NCBI GenBank assembly: GCA_052327205.1
Contig: CM126214.1
Span: forward strand, 29,202,001 to 29,266,000
DNA length: 64,000 nt
Direction: 5' to 3'
From: Somniosus microcephalus
Lineage: Eukaryota
Shown here: positions 25,020 to 39,020 of the stretch, piece after piece
How the letters are laid out: every line of letters starts with the position of its first letter
How positions within the stretch are numbered: the stretch's first letter is position 1
Program-made: the position numbers and the translations under genes
Notes under the pieces: generated by a model
What the model saw: the letters and a program-made list of their open reading frames with translations, nothing else
Told to the model about the DNA's origin: nothing
Database searches by the model: none

Positions 25020-25490
25020 TGGTGAGAAACCTAAGAACTGTGGAGGAGCAAAGAGATTTGGGTGTCCATGTCCACAAATCATTAAAGGCTAGTGGGCAGG
25101 TAGAAAAAGTAAACAAAAAGTCTAATGAAATGTTCTTTATCTCAAGCGGACTGGAATATAAAGGGGAGGAATTATGTTTCAGTTGTACAGAGCCTTGGTC
25201 AGACCCCATCAGGAATATTGCATTCAGTTCAGGACATCACACCAAGAAGAATATATTCACCTTGGAGGGGGTACTGATTTACCAGAATGATAGCGGGGCT
25301 TAAAGAGTTAAATTATGAGAACAGAATGCATAAATTGGTTTATTTTCCCTTGAGATTAAAGGGGTGAGGGGTGTTTGTTTAAAATGACAAAATGATTCGA
25401 TAGAGTAGATACAGAGAAGCTATTTCCTCTGGTGGTGGAATTCGGAACAAGGGGGCACAATCTTAAAATGAGAGAAAGACCATTCAGGAA
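25020..25490 (+). mobile_element. Degraded CR1 fragment in UQCR11 intron 1
   Basis: EEQRDLGVHVHKSLK matches the QRDLGVLVH block of the intact CR1 ORF2. Confidence 0.75.
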
Positions 25491-25499
25491 TGGCCACTC

Positions 25500-26763
25500 G
25501 TTCCCAAAGACCGATTGCTTCCACCTCTAATATCACCTGCCTGTGCCCCACCTCTAATATCACCTGCCTGTGCCCCAACCTCTAATATCACCTGCCTGTG
25601 CCCCAACCTCTAATATCACCTGCCTGTGCCCCAACCTCTAATATCACCTGCCTGTGCCCAACCTCTAATATCACCTGCCTGTGCCCCACCTCTAATATCA
25701 CCTGCCTGTGCCCCACCTCTAATATCATCTGCCTGTGCCCCACCTCTAATATCACCTGCCTGTGCCCCACCTCTAATATCACCTGCCTGTGCCCCACCTC
25801 TAAATCACCTGCCTGTGCCCCACCTCTAATATCACCTGCCTGTGCCCCAACCTCTAATATCACCTGCCTGTGCCCCAACCTCTAATATCACCTGCCTGTG
25901 CCCCACCTCTAATATCATCTGCCTGTGCCCCACCTCTAATATCACCTGCCTGTGCCCCACCTCTAATATCACCTGCCTGTGCCCCACCTCTAAATCACCT
26001 GCCTGTGCCCCACCTCTAATATCACCTGCCTGTGCCCCAACCTCTAATATCACCTGCCTGTGCCCCAACCTCTAATATCACCTGCCTGTGCCCCAACCTC
26101 TAATATCACCTGCCTGTGCCCCACCTCTAATATCACCTGCCTGTGCCCCACCTCTAATATCACCTGCCTGTGCCCCACCTCTAATATCATCTGCCTGTGC
26201 CCCAACCTCAGCCCACCTGGTACTGAAACCCTCATCCATGCTTTTGTCTCCTTGAGACCTGACTCTTCAGTGCCATCCTGCACCTTCAATAAACTTCAAC
26301 TCAAACCTCTGCTGCCCGTATCCGATCCTGCACCAAGTTCTGCTCCCCCATCACCTTGTCCTCCCGATCCTCCCAACACCGCAAATTAAAAATAGCAATT
26401 TAGTATTTAAATTCCTTCATGGCCTTGGCCGTGCTCCTCCCTATCGCTGTAAACTCCTCCAACTCCACCCCACCCCCCTCCAAACTATCCATTTCTTTGG
26501 ACTCTTTTGCACCACTTGCCCCCCCTGGGCTCCGTAATTGGCGATCACTGCCTAAGCTCCACAGTTCCCTCCTTATACCAATCTGCTTCTCCACATTCCC
26601 CTCCTTTAAGATACTTCTTAAAACCTATCTTAATAACCAGGCTTTTGTGCCCCTCCTAATATCGCCTCCTTTGGTTCTGTTGTCTTTTTCTGGGGCTACC
26701 TCTCTGAAGCATCTTGGGATGTTTTTCGACATTACAGGTGCTGTTTAGATGCAAGTTGTTGTT
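25500..26763 (+). mobile_element. L2 LINE 3' fragment containing the minisatellite
   Basis: ETLIHAFVS remnant; 3' end gctgtttagatgcaagttgttgttg. Confidence 0.75.
25522..26208 (+). repeat. 27/28-bp minisatellite, about 25 units
   Basis: Tandem CACCTCTAATATCACCTGCCTGTGCCC with few variants. Confidence 0.97.
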
Positions 26764-27619
26764 GGTTTACTCCTTCTAAACAAAGGTTCCATTTCCTTTT
26801 TGAAAATCTTCAGATTCAACATTTACAGCACTAGGCAGCTTATTCCACAAGTTAAAACACCCATACAATATCTCAAAGTTAATTTTAAACCATTTTCTGG
26901 CCTCATGACAATTTTGATAACATGTTTGCTGCTCCTACCTGATTTGATTCAAAGAGTTGTATATAACTCGCTTCTGTGTCCTGCAGCTGCTTTCTCGGTA
27001 AATGCTATTGTCACAGCTGTGTATATTGCAGAGCTATATTTACTGAGCATAAAATCTGTACGGAGGAGCAAATCACACACCATATTGTAAGTGGCTTTGT
27101 GTATGTTATGTTGGATATAGTGCTACCTGAGAAACATAGGACTGATACTGCAAATAAAAGATAATGGATTTAAGCCTGAACAGACCTGTAGATTTGAGTT
27201 GCTACACCAGCCGTTTTGTTTAGCTGGTGCAAATTTATTTCTCTCGTTCCTCATCTTCAACATTTCTGACTTTGTTCTCCAATGGCTCGTACCATTTTGT
27301 GTATATGTTGCTCATGGATAGTCTGGCAGCTGGAGGGTAGTTTCTGCCTAAGCACTCCAGTGGTTTGCCTATTGCCATGATGTAGCCAATTTACTGAAGC
27401 AGTAGATCATCTGACTGACATGCTTTAAGATGCACAGTAACTTTGTTCTTCCCTCTCCAGTTCTCAGTTATTTACATTGTAGAAATATAATTTCCCCCCT
27501 ACCTTCTATGGTGGATTTTCAACATTTGCTTAAGCTGCAAGTACTGTGTTAACTTGTCCTTTCTCCTCCTCCCCCCTCTCCCCAGCTCAAAAAGCTTTTT
27601 CTTCCAGTTATGTGAAGCT

Positions 27620-28125
27620 GCCCATCCCAGCTTACAACAGGACCTGGATAATGTCCAGGCTTGGGCTGACAGTAGCAGGTAACATTACTGCCACATTAGT
27701 GCCAGGTAATGGCCTAGAGCCCAGAATTTTCCCCATGACCTTAAAAGGCACCATCATCACCTAATCACCCACCATCAAGATCTTGAGGGTCACCATTGAC
27801 CAGAAACTTAACCAGACTAGACATATCAACACCGCTACAAGAACAGAGCAGGGCGGAGGCTGACTACTTTGTGATGAGTGGCTCACCTCTTGATGCCTCA
27901 AAGCCTCACCAACATCTACAAAGCTGAAATTTGGAGTGTCGTGGAATACTAACCACTCGCCTGAAGAGTGCAGCCGCGACAACACTCATGAAGCTCACGC
28001 TACTGATGACGAGAGTAGTTTACATGATTGGTTCCCCTGCTACTGGATTCTGTATCCACTCTCTCCATCAGCAACACACTGGCTGCAGCATGTGTGGTCA
28101 ACAGATGCACTGCAACAACTCACTC
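27620..28125 (+). mobile_element. Old non-LTR retrotransposon RT fragment (different CR1-group family)
   Basis: Frame remnants LQQDLDNVQAWAD and ILRVTIDQKLN, typical of the RT thumb region. Confidence 0.6.
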
Positions 28126-28130
28126 ATGTT

Positions 28131-29372
28131 ACAACAACAACAACAATTTGTATTTATACAGCGCTTTTAATGTAGTAAAATATCCCAAGATCCTTCGCAG
28201 GAGCGTAATCAGAGAAAAATTGACACCGAGCTAAAGGAGGAGACGTTGGGAAATGTGACCAAAAACTTGGTCAAGGAGGTAGGTTTTAAGGAGGCTGTTA
28301 AAGGAGGAGAGGTTTAGGAAGGGTATTCCAGAGCTTAGGGCCTAGGCGGCTGAAGGCATAGCCAACAATGGTAGAGCAAAGGAATTGGGGGATGTGCAAG
28401 AAGCCAGAATTGGAGCAACACAGTTCTCAGAGGATTGTAGGGATGGCGGGCGTTACAGAAATCAGGAGGCCATGGAGAAATTTAAACACGCGGATTAAAA
28501 TTTTTATATCGCGGTATTGGTGGACTGGGAGCCAATGTACATCAGCAAGTACAGGGGTGATGGGTGAGCAGGACATGTTGCGAGTTAGGAGACGGACAAC
28601 AGAGTTTTGGATGAGCAAGTTTATGGCAGGCGGGAGAGCAGCAGGGAGAGCATTAAATCAAGTCTGGAGGTAACAACAGCATGGTGAGCGTTCCAGCAGC
28701 AGATGGGCTGAGGCATACAGAGGTAGAAGTAGGTGGCCTTGGTGAGGAAGAGGACCTCCGCTCACGATCAATAGAACGTAGAGGTAGCGAACAATCTGGT
28801 TCAGATTGAGACCGTGGCCAGGGAGCAGGATGGAATTGGTGGCAGGGTGGAGTTTGTAGTGGGGGGCCAAAGACAATGGCTTCAAGCTTCCCAATGCTTA
28901 ATTGGCAGAAATATTGACTCACCCAAGACTGGCAACACAGGCAGCTGAGGAATCGAGAGAGGTCGTGTTGCTGTAGAGCTGGGTGTCGTCAGCATACTTG
29001 TGGAACCTGACGTGTTTTCAGATTATGTCGCCGAGGGGCGACATGTCGATGAGAAATGGGAGGGCGTCAAAGATATATCCTTGGGGGAACTCCCAAGGTA
29101 ACTGTGTGGGTGCGGGAAGAGAAGCCGTTACAGGATATTCTCTGGCTACTACTGGATAGTTAAGTGTGGAACCAGGCAAAGGCAGTCCCAAGTCAGCTGG
29201 ACAATGGAGGAGCGATGTTGGAGGAGGATGGTGTGGTCAACCATGTCAAAGGCTGCAGACAAGTCTAGAACAATGAGGAGGTATAGTGCACCATGGTCAC
29301 AGTCACATAGGATGTAATTTGTAACTTTGATTAGAGTTGTTTCAGTGCTGTGGCAGGATCGAAATCCTTGGT
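28131..29372 (-). mobile_element. L2 LINE fragment
   Basis: [33 protein letters not shown] and ITPVLADVHWLPV motifs; (CAA)n tail. Confidence 0.85.
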
Positions 29373-31277
29373 GATGTAGTTCTACAAAAGTCAAGTAAAA
29401 ACCACAGCTCCCATTATGCATCACTTTCACACAATTTATTAACAAGCTATGACTTTTCTGGTCCCATTAAAGATTTTTTTTCAATCTGGTCATCATGCCA
29501 CATTGATTGTTATGGTGAATTTTGGGTTTCCACTGTAGCAGGATGAAATCTATAACCCCCATTGACGATTCTCCATCCCATTTACTGAATGTGTCCACAG
29601 GTGCTGGAAATCCCCAGCAGGGCAGACCGGAAAGAAATGGTATTTTAGAAATTTGGTAACTTAATGGTTTTAGAGAGAATTAAATATTTTGTGATTATCT
29701 TATAGATGTTATTGTACCGCTATAAGATTCAACTGGGTTAGCAATAATGCAGCAGGAACCACTGGAAAAAGAAATTTAGCGTCCTTACTGAAATTCTAGC
29801 CTTTCAGGTGGTTGCTTTGGTATGTTTGCTGATTTATATTTCAACAAATCAGTATGGCTAAGTTCCTCCTTTGAACCAATGGGAAAAGCGTGACTGATTT
29901 TATTTTCCCCTGCTACAAACCAATTTTAATGTTGCCACTTTAGAGATTTAACATGTGATGTGCTATATGCAAGACTTCTGAATGTACGTAAAATAATCTG
30001 GTGTATCCTTTCTGAGCAATCTCATTAGGGATTTAGTGGGGTTTTTTTAAATGATGGATAATTGGCACATATAATCCCTGCGCATTGGTTTTGGGTGATG
30101 TGATTGACTGACAAAAGTCTCATCTCTCAATCATCAGTGCTAATTGGTGCTTACTGATCCCTCGCAACCATGTGAGCGTTACAAGGAACGACATCACCGA
30201 AACAAAGTAACCCCATGAAGCAGTTTCAACTCATTTTTCTTGGCCTACAAGAAAATTCTTTAAAAATGTGTTTTTGGGAGTCATAAAGAGAATATAAATG
30301 GTGGCGTTGAGAAATACAGCTATAGTATATTAAAAATCTTGTGTATGTGCGCGGTTCCTTTCTGTACCACTTGACATTATAACTCAAAATGCCTTTGGGG
30401 GAAAAAAAAAATCATGTTTCTTCCCTCCAAAACTGACATTTTTAATGTTCAAGAAAAAAGTTTCACCAAAATAAAAAATACATATTTCACAATAACATAA
30501 AATGTATTCATTGAATTGTCTTTTAATGCTTTAATTATAGTTTCCACTTAAAGGCCTCCGCCTCTCCCAAAATCCAAGCAGTGAACCTGATATTGCCTTG
30601 AGCTATGGTGCACTGAGCTGAATTTGGATTGTGCACTATACCTCATTTCCCTGGATCTTTAGCTTACAACAATTTCTGCTGAAAAGTTTTTAAATTATTT
30701 GATGCAAAGCTAAAGGGCAAATTACAAAAGGTTTACTGAGGTAAAATTCAAATGGGGTGTGTATAAAAACATTTTTTTAAATGACTTCTGATAGTACACC
30801 TGTTGTAGGCTTTTTTGTGTTCTATAAACTTTAGAAAGTGAGAGAGGAGAGAGACTGGGATCAAAGCGGTGGGGAGGTGAGAGAAAGGGGGCCATCGTCA
30901 TTGTTTGCCACATTTTAGTGTACAAATGGGAGCCCTGTTTGTCCACACTGCATTTCATTTTAGAGCAAGTAATTCATTGTATGTGAAGTTAATGAGGAAA
31001 TGCAGCTCACTTTCTTTAAAATAATGTATTGGAAGGAGGGAAATTATAATTATTTTTGAGCTATCTGTACAGATATATAGAAGTAAAGGTAATATATGAA
31101 AAAACACAACTGAAAGATTTAATTTTACAGTGAAACTATGCCCAAAAGACGTGGGGACTCTGGCCTGTTAATCTTATTGAGCAAAAATTAAGGGCATGGG
31201 ACAAAGACATTGTATTGTAATAAACGTGCTTCAGAATTCAATGAGATTTGTGCATTATATATAATTTATTTTTGTAG

Positions 31278-31395
31278 GATTCCAACAATGGCAACATGGG
31301 GAGCTGTTTGTAGTGTAGCACTGGTGTACGCTACAGACTGGAGAGTAATAGTTGATCGTATCCCGTACGTAAGAGGAAAATTCAAGACTGAATGA
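31278..31395 (+). CDS. UQCR11: UQCR11 coding exon 2
   Basis: (W)IPTMATWGAVCSVALVYATDWRVIVDRIPYVRGKFKTE*, with the WGAV..ATDWR..PY..GKFK signature. Acceptor at 31276-31277; 50+118 nt gives 55 aa plus stop; donor GTAAAT at 31415. Confidence 0.93.
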
Positions 31396-33375
31396 ACTAC
31401 TCAATGATTTAATGGTAAATCCTGGTTTCAATTTTTCCCTGAACTTGTTGCAATTAGTTGCAAACTCATATTGTGTAAGTTGAGTAAAAATGTTTCTTTA
31501 TTAATATATTTATTCAAACTAAAATAAGTATGTTGGTCTGTGCAAAGTGAGAGTTAATGAAGTGATGCTGTTATTAATGACCAGTGCGCTTTCTGACAGT
31601 CTTTGACATTTCAAGATGTTTTGGAAACTTCAGCTTATGTGTCAATAGTGTTCTCGCTAAAATAGCGGGCATTTAGTTTCTAGTAGATAGAAATTTTCTT
31701 TGTGACCTTATTTCATGTGTCCCTAAACCCAATGTGTAGAATTGGTTTCTGCAATGAATCTACAGTGGATGTTACAATTTACTGCTGGTGTGGAATGCCA
31801 GAAAAGTCATTTTCCTAGGTTAGGTGGCTTGTTTCAAATAAGTACTGCAATAGTTATTATTGACTTATTTTTCTGGCAAAAATGTTTGTGTCCTCATGGA
31901 TGATTTTGTGGCATTGCTGGGTGATTGCTTCCTCCCTTCAACCTAAAGAAAAGTCTTGATAAAAGTGGCATATTGTTTGAACCTCAGGTGATTCTTTCTC
32001 CCATTACACTACCCACTGCACTTGAGTTTTAGATAGCTCTAAATTCATTATCCCCGATGCATTCTGTGTCCTCCCTCCATTCTTTCTCAGGAACTGAAAA
32101 CTAGAAATTCTTGTCTCCCTCAGTCCTTTCTTCCACAATTTTCATGCTGCTAAAAGCCAAACTAAGTACCATTAATACTTCCCAATTTTCCTGGTCTTCT
32201 CATGCTATTTTCATTCTGCACTATGGGCATTGGTTCTTCACAGTTTTTCAGTAATTAGGTTTAAGCTCCCATCACAAGAATAACTACTCGAGTAAGGTGC
32301 TAGAGGGCAGGGCCTTAAATGACAACATCTTTAAGGTAGAAAATATCTCTATGTTCTTCAAGGGCATTAGGAAAAGCAGACACAGCCAAAGTAAGTTTTG
32401 GGAGGAGTGACAAAAGGCTTGGTCAAAGAGGTCATCTTGAAAGATGGTCTTAAAGGAGTGGTGGTAGGATTTGCAGAGAATTCTAGAGAGGAGCGTTAGG
32501 TGACTAAAGGCATGACTGCCAATGGTGGTTTGAAGCGAAGGGCAATGGTGACATCATAGGAACAAAGAGTTTGGGGGTGTTGTAGATGGACACAGATGGA
32601 GAGGAACAAGCCCATGAGGGGTTAAAGGTGAGGAAAATAATTTAAAATTTGAGTGTTGGTGGACCACGAGCCAGTGTGTCAGTGAGGTTGGGGGTAATGG
32701 GCAAACTTTAAGACGTTAAAAGTAAGTTTAAGTAGTATTTTACAGAGAATCTATTTTAAATTGTGGTGCATTGCAGTATTAATCAACTAATACTTCATGA
32801 TTGGTCTTTTCATAAGCTTACTCTGTTCATTTGGTTGGTATTTGTAGAATGCTGACCTCCGTATATCCATCTATAGGAATTAGAATGAGCAATCCAGATA
32901 GTCCTATTTGACTTGACCATATAGTTCTTTGGCTTGTCTGAAGTAAAGTCTGTGACAAAGTAGAGATTATACAAGCAGGAAATAACCACTCAGTCGATCC
33001 ATACTGTTTCATTTTCCTTGTCCTTCTTCAGGATCTAGTCTAATCACTGTCGTTTTTCCTATTTCAAATGCACCTCTCCTACTTTGCTCTCTGTACAGTT
33101 CCCCCCTCCGCTTGCACAATTTTTTTCATCCCATATATTGGATTATGCATCAAACCAATGGAGTACCACATTCTGAGTCCATAAGACTGCTCAATATGTA
33201 GCAGGCTCTTCAGTTTCAGTGCTTTCTCTGCACAAGCTATTCCTGTAGCCAAAAAATCAAGGAAAACATCTGCCATATAGAAATGTCATCAGTGTTGAGC
33301 TGTCTTGGCTAGAGCTAGCACTGTTGTGTATTAAATACATTTGATGGCTTATTTGTTTTGTTTTCTGTCTTGCAG

Positions 33376-33640
33376 GATGTAGATGAACAATCCAGGCAAG
33401 TGACCAATGGCTTCAGACAGCTGCACAATCAAGGTGTTTCCGAACTGAACATTTCTGTGTTTGAACTTTAAGGCTGGAGCAGGAATGCGTTTTAGCAGCT
33501 TTTGAGGGTGGCTGTGTTAATGTGAAACAAATCGATTGCATCCACTTGAACAATTTGTGTCTTAACTCCTCAGAATTTTTGTATCTTGCTCAAAATACAT
33601 CCTTCAGCTTCTAAAATAAAATATGAACACTTGTAATCTA
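33376..33640 (+). other. UQCR11: Probable UQCR11 non-coding exon 3 (3'UTR)
   Basis: Acceptor ttgttttgttttctgtcttgcag ends at 33375; AATAAA at 33615-33620. Confidence 0.65.
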
Positions 33641-34357
33641 TTGCTAAATGTTGAGTGTTTATAAATCTAGTGTCGCTTACAATTTGAGCACTCAAGTGGG
33701 ATCAGAGTGCAGTGAGTGCATACAATTAATTGGTGCTCCATCGCAGCGATAGCATCAGACTCTCCTAGGTTCATTATAATACAGTTGGTACCAAATATAG
33801 GCGTTTTTTGTTGACACTGAGATTATCCAAACAAATTGCTATTTTTCAAAACTTTTTCCATACCCAAGAGTAATTTATTGGGTCAGTTTTATCTCTCTCT
33901 AATTTGTATCCTTTTTTTCCATTGTCCACAGTTTATGGTGCCTAACAGGTTTTGAGCACCTGCCCTTTTTGCTTTCATTAACAACCAACATTCAGTGTGC
34001 AATTGTACACAATTTTCAGGAAGGCAAAAAGTGCAAACTCCTGGGACAGATCTCTAATGTTTAAATGCAGACTTGTAGCAAATGCACATGCATGGTACTG
34101 GCGATTAGTCATCAGAAAATAGGAATAATCCGCATCCCTTCACTAACTGATCTCGCCCCTAGGAAAAAAATGTAGAAGTTGTCTTTGATAGGAGAAATTC
34201 TTCCTACCCCACCACCATTTTCCCAGTGAGGAAGCAACCTGCTGGACACCTGTCATTTTGGACACTAGCCAGGGCTAAGCTTTTCAGCTGTATTGAGTGC
34301 TAGCATCAGCATCTTGGCATGGAAAGCATGCTGGTCCTTGCCCATAGTAGGCCAAGT

Positions 34358-34741
34358 ATAATAATAATTCAACTTTATTGTCATTGTACAATGCACAAGT
34401 ACATGAACAACGAAATGTGATCTTGCAAGCTCCCATGAGTCCAGTACAAATAACATTAACATTAAACGTAAATAGCACCGTCCTGGGAGAAGCAAAGCCG
34501 CTGCGTCTGTGCGCGCCACCATTCCTCCTGTCCGACAATCTTCAGCCCAACGCCCGGGCCTGCTCACCAGCCGCCCCTCCCGGGGCTCCTTCCGTGACCA
34601 CCTCACCAACCGCCCCTCCTCGGGGCTCCTTCCGTGACCTTCTGCACCTGGTCTTCCCTAATGGTCACCCCTCCAGGTACTAACCAGGCCTGGCTCTGCT
34701 TAGCTTCCAAGCCTTGCTAGTGACCCTGTCCCTAGTCCCAG
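34358..34741 (-). mobile_element. 5S rRNA-derived SINE-like element (SINE3 class), copy 2
   Basis: Near-identical reverse complement of 20581-20920 apart from block indels; 5S-like part at 34637-34711. Confidence 0.8.
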
Positions 34742-37678
34742 GTAAGACCTTTGCTTGCTACGAGACTTGGCATGGGGGAGGGGGGGGAGACACTGGCATA
34801 AAAAGATCTGAGGCACCAGAACTGAATTTTTTTTTTTAAGTAAGTGACTATACTGTATAATTTATCAAGTTAATGCTACAGATTTTACTCTCTCTGAATC
34901 CGTACTGATTCAATTTATAATTTATGAGGTAGAATTTCCGCAGGGTTCCATGATCACCAGCCACGACTTTGGTGGAAGATCAGCGGAAATCTGGGAGAAA
35001 TGGCCGTTTGCCTCATTTCTCCGGGATTTCCGTTGCAGTTGCATTGGATGATCAGGAGATTGCCCACAGAAATGACTAGTGTCTATTTTGTAAATGGGAT
35101 AGAACGTTCTACAATTTGAGCAATACAATATTCTAGTTCATTGGAGCTTTGCTGGGGGATGGGGAGCACATGCAAGTTCATCAAGAAATTCAAGTTTCTG
35201 TTGCACGCATTCCAGCAGCTAAATTAGAGCGTTACCAGTAGAGGGCAGACTGCTGACCTGCTCCTCAACTTGTTGGCTGCAAGACACATCACCCTGGCAA
35301 TTTTACATATTGCTATGTTGACCCATTTTTCGTCTTTTAAAAACTTTTATTTTTACAGCACTTTATCAGTCTCGGAAACACCCCATTGCACTTCATGCAC
35401 AATGGTTGTTTGAAATGCAGTCACATGTCAACAATGTGGCAACCAGTTTTGTGGACAAAACAGCAAAGAATGACCCGTTGATATTTTTTGGGGTGGTGTT
35501 AAGGAAAGAATTGTTAACCAAAGCAGCAGGAGAACGTCCTGCTCTTTAGATAGTGAGATAGGACCTCTAACACTGCAGCGCACCTTCAGCACTATTGCAC
35601 GAAGTATCAAAATAATTTTGTGTCCTGAAATAGGGCTTGAATACTCAACCTTCTGACTCAAGAATGCTATAAATGAGCCAAGCTGATCCTGTGATTACAA
35701 CAAATGATTTCCTATGATAAAGATCATGTCCTTGACTTTCAAATTCTGAATGCACCATAAAAAAGCAATGCAACATGCTTAATTGTGGAAGGGGAATTTG
35801 GCAAATTTTGAGTTTCCACTGCACATCTAATTATAATGAGTCACCATTTCTAATCCCTACATTGTAGCCTCAACAGGTCTTAAATACAATAGCCACCAAT
35901 TAGGAGTATGCCGTTTCTCGATTTGCAGTTGAAAAGAGTAGGAGAGAAGACGAGGTAAATGAAGCAGTAAGGATAAAGTGACACCAAATTTAAGAAGAAG
36001 GTACGGTGTTCTACTGTTTCCAGTTCCTTGGGAAGAATGAGTTGAACTAAGATGATGTGAGGAGTCTGGCTATAAGCAGTGAAAATACAAGAAGAAAAGT
36101 GAGTATGCTGCATTTTAGGATTGGTTAGGAATCCTCAAAAATTACAATGTGAGGTAAAAGTGCATCTGGGGATGAAAATGGGAAGACAATTGTGATCCAG
36201 GCTCAAAGGTATTATGCCTAAAATGTACACGTGCAGTCAGAATTGGAACTTTTGTTTCTTACTCTATTGTTTTGTGTACAAGATCATTTTTAAAAACTGG
36301 TGAAAAGCAAAATTGACTGATTTATTGAAAGATTGTATTTGATCCTATCTCCACAAAATCTCAAATTGTACTACTCCCTGATAATTGATCCATAAAATCT
36401 GATGACTGGTATGTAGTTGCCTCACAACATGTTTCTTCGGATACAACCAAAAACCACAGCGTATTAAGCGAACTGTATGCTATAACTAGAGTCCCCTTGT
36501 AAAATGGTTCCTTTGTTTTTCAAATAGTTCTCTTCCTATTTTCTGAACCCTTGCAGCCCATCTGTTTTAGTTTTTAAAAAAGATATGAGAATGAAGAAAA
36601 TCAGCTACAACTATCTTTTGAAGACTTTAGTTATTAATAGCATTTTTTTCTGTGTCCTCATTCTGCCTCTAGTCTTCTGAAGCACACTGGGCTCCAGCTA
36701 GCAACTTGTTAGAATAATCTCATCATAGCCTGTTTAAAAAATAAACATCGTGTTGCATACTGAGAATTTTAATAATTCTTGACTATTGTCACTTTGCTGT
36801 ATGTTCACTAAACATATTGGGAGAGATGAGGGAAGAATCCTTTAAGTTGTGACCATGTTCAAATACACTTTGCATTTGGAATGGCAAACATTTCTTCCAT
36901 ATAGGGAATTAAAAGATGGAGGAAACTTTACCTGAGGAAAGTATTTTGTGTATTTCCAGAGGAGGTAGGGGAATACCACATTTCTCAAAGCCCTGCCCAC
37001 TGCCATTGTTCATGGAAGTGGTGAAGTTTTTTCAATGTAAATAAAATTAAGTAAAGTCTTGGCCTTCCTTCAATTTTCTGCCATAGTTAGATTGAAGCTG
37101 ACTAGAGAGTGTAGTGAATGAAAATTGAAAAAGTAACTGGGGGTAGGCAGAACAAAACCAGGATATAAAGTGTTGTTCCTTGAATTCTATTCAATTCTCT
37201 TTGGGGAAAATACCATCTGCTTATTTTGTATGAATACTCATCCATATTTTAATGTTTTTTGTGCCGTTTGTTCTTGGCTCATTAGTTAATGGGATACTGG
37301 AGCAGTAGAAGCTGCTGTATACTGATTTGAGGAACAACAATGGGATCTTGCTGAGATGCACCATAAGCTTTGTAGTAAATTGTATGGAATGTAATAACTG
37401 GGAGAACTGAATAGCAGTCATATGAACTAAAGTAAGCATTTTGCTGGTACAATGGTAGGGTCAAATCTGTATAGAAAATCTTGCATTTAGTGTGTGCCCA
37501 TTACAGTTCAGAGTATAACTAGCATTAGAAAAACAAGAAGACAATCAATTTACTGCTAGTTTTTCGACCTTGGGATTTACAAATGACTGACAATCTACAA
37601 AAAACTGTTACCTATGAATGACCTCCGGATATGCCTATTTACCGCAGCAGAATAATACATAGCGTTAGATTATATAAT

Positions 37679-38412
37679 GGCCTAGAATTTACTGCCAAAA
37701 TAAAGGTGAGTTTAACATGGTTCGCAGTTATTAATGTGTTAATCGTCCAGCAACTTGTGGCGAGGAAGAGATACTGTGTGAATTGCAAATTGTCACAAGT
37801 TGCTGGACGATTTACGCTGCTCCGTCATTGGCCTCACGAAAATGGCAGCTTACCCTCAACCTCTATGGGTTTGATGAAATTGCTGCATTTGCGCATTAAT
37901 TGCCAATTAAACTCACCGCAGACAGTTGGGGCTGCTACTTAACAGCGCAAGTACATTTTTAATGACAAGATTTATGTTCCTGTAATGCCACTCAACTGCT
38001 CTGGCCCAGAAAGGGGAACAATTTAAACTGGAGTCTCATGCCTACAGGTAATAAATTGTTTTAAAAATTTTACATTTTAAAATATTTTTCTTTTCCTTTC
38101 TGTCTCTTTTCTCTCAATCCAATCTTTTTTCCCTCTCTATTTCTCTTTCTGTAGCTGATTTTGACTCTATTCACCCTATTTCCATCTGTCATTCCTCTGT
38201 TTCTTTCTCAATCTTTAAATCTAGTTGGTTAAGGAGATAAACTGTTGGTCCAGTCGTTCACCAAGGTCCCAGATGCCACGTTGCCCTCAACGCACTGTTA
38301 TCAGCTCGCACTTCCAACAACTTAGAGGGCAAAATATTTTTAAGCTGAAGGGTGGGGGGAAAAGTCTAATGGGGCATGCTGCGAGGTGCCCAGTTCCAGC
38401 AAAATCTGGCCC
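37679..38412. mobile_element. MITE of the same terminal type
   Basis: AAT|GGCCTAGAATTTACTG ... CAGCAAAATCTGGCCC|AAA (12/16 inverted match). Confidence 0.65.
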
Positions 38413-38439
38413 AAAACAGTGCATCTTCCAACTTACCTG

Positions 38440-39020
38440 GCCCATAACTGGCCTAGATATCTATAATCAGATGTGCTTGATCACACCTTTGCTGTCCTCG
38501 GTGCAAACCACCCATGATTCCAGGCTCATCCATAAGAATACCTCGCAGCTTTTATCTATGACATTCCACCCCATTTCACCAACCCCTCTACCTTCACCTC
38601 AAAAACCTCATGGATTTTTTGTCACCAAGATCAAGACTAGATGTGCAGCCACCCCTGGTGCACCCTCTCCTTGCCTCAGGCCCCTCCCCAATTCCCCACC
38701 CCCTCCAGCCCTGAACTGTCTCTGCAGCTTCTCCCTTCCCACCTTTTTCCAAGCTCGTCTTGTAGGAGGCCCACCTCCTTTTCCCTTGATCCTCTTCTCA
38801 CTCAACTCCTGACAACACAACTTCCTTTCCTGGCCCCATGTGACCTGTCATTGTCTGTTCCCTCCCGGGCACCATTTCCCTTCAAAACTGCCATTATAGC
38901 TTCCCCTTCTCAAAAAAAAAAACATACCCCCGACCCATGCGTCCTTGCCAATTACCATCCCATCTCCAAGGTTTGGCGAGGTTCAGTTGCCTCCCTTCAT
39001 GCCCATCTCTCCTGTAACAT
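38440..39020 (+). mobile_element. Degraded L2 fragment
   Basis: FKTAII..PDPCVLANYHPIS remnant. Confidence 0.6.

Noticed and set aside
25522-26208. Regular ~27-bp repeats as a CRISPR array, or the repetitive ORFs across them as proteins
   Set aside because: Units abut with no unique spacers, the context is a vertebrate intron, and the ORFs are translations of the tandem repeat.
34735-34750. U1 snRNA-like 5' end (CTTACCTGG) on SINE copy 2
   Set aside because: Only 9 nt, absent from copy 1, with no further convincing U1 similarity.
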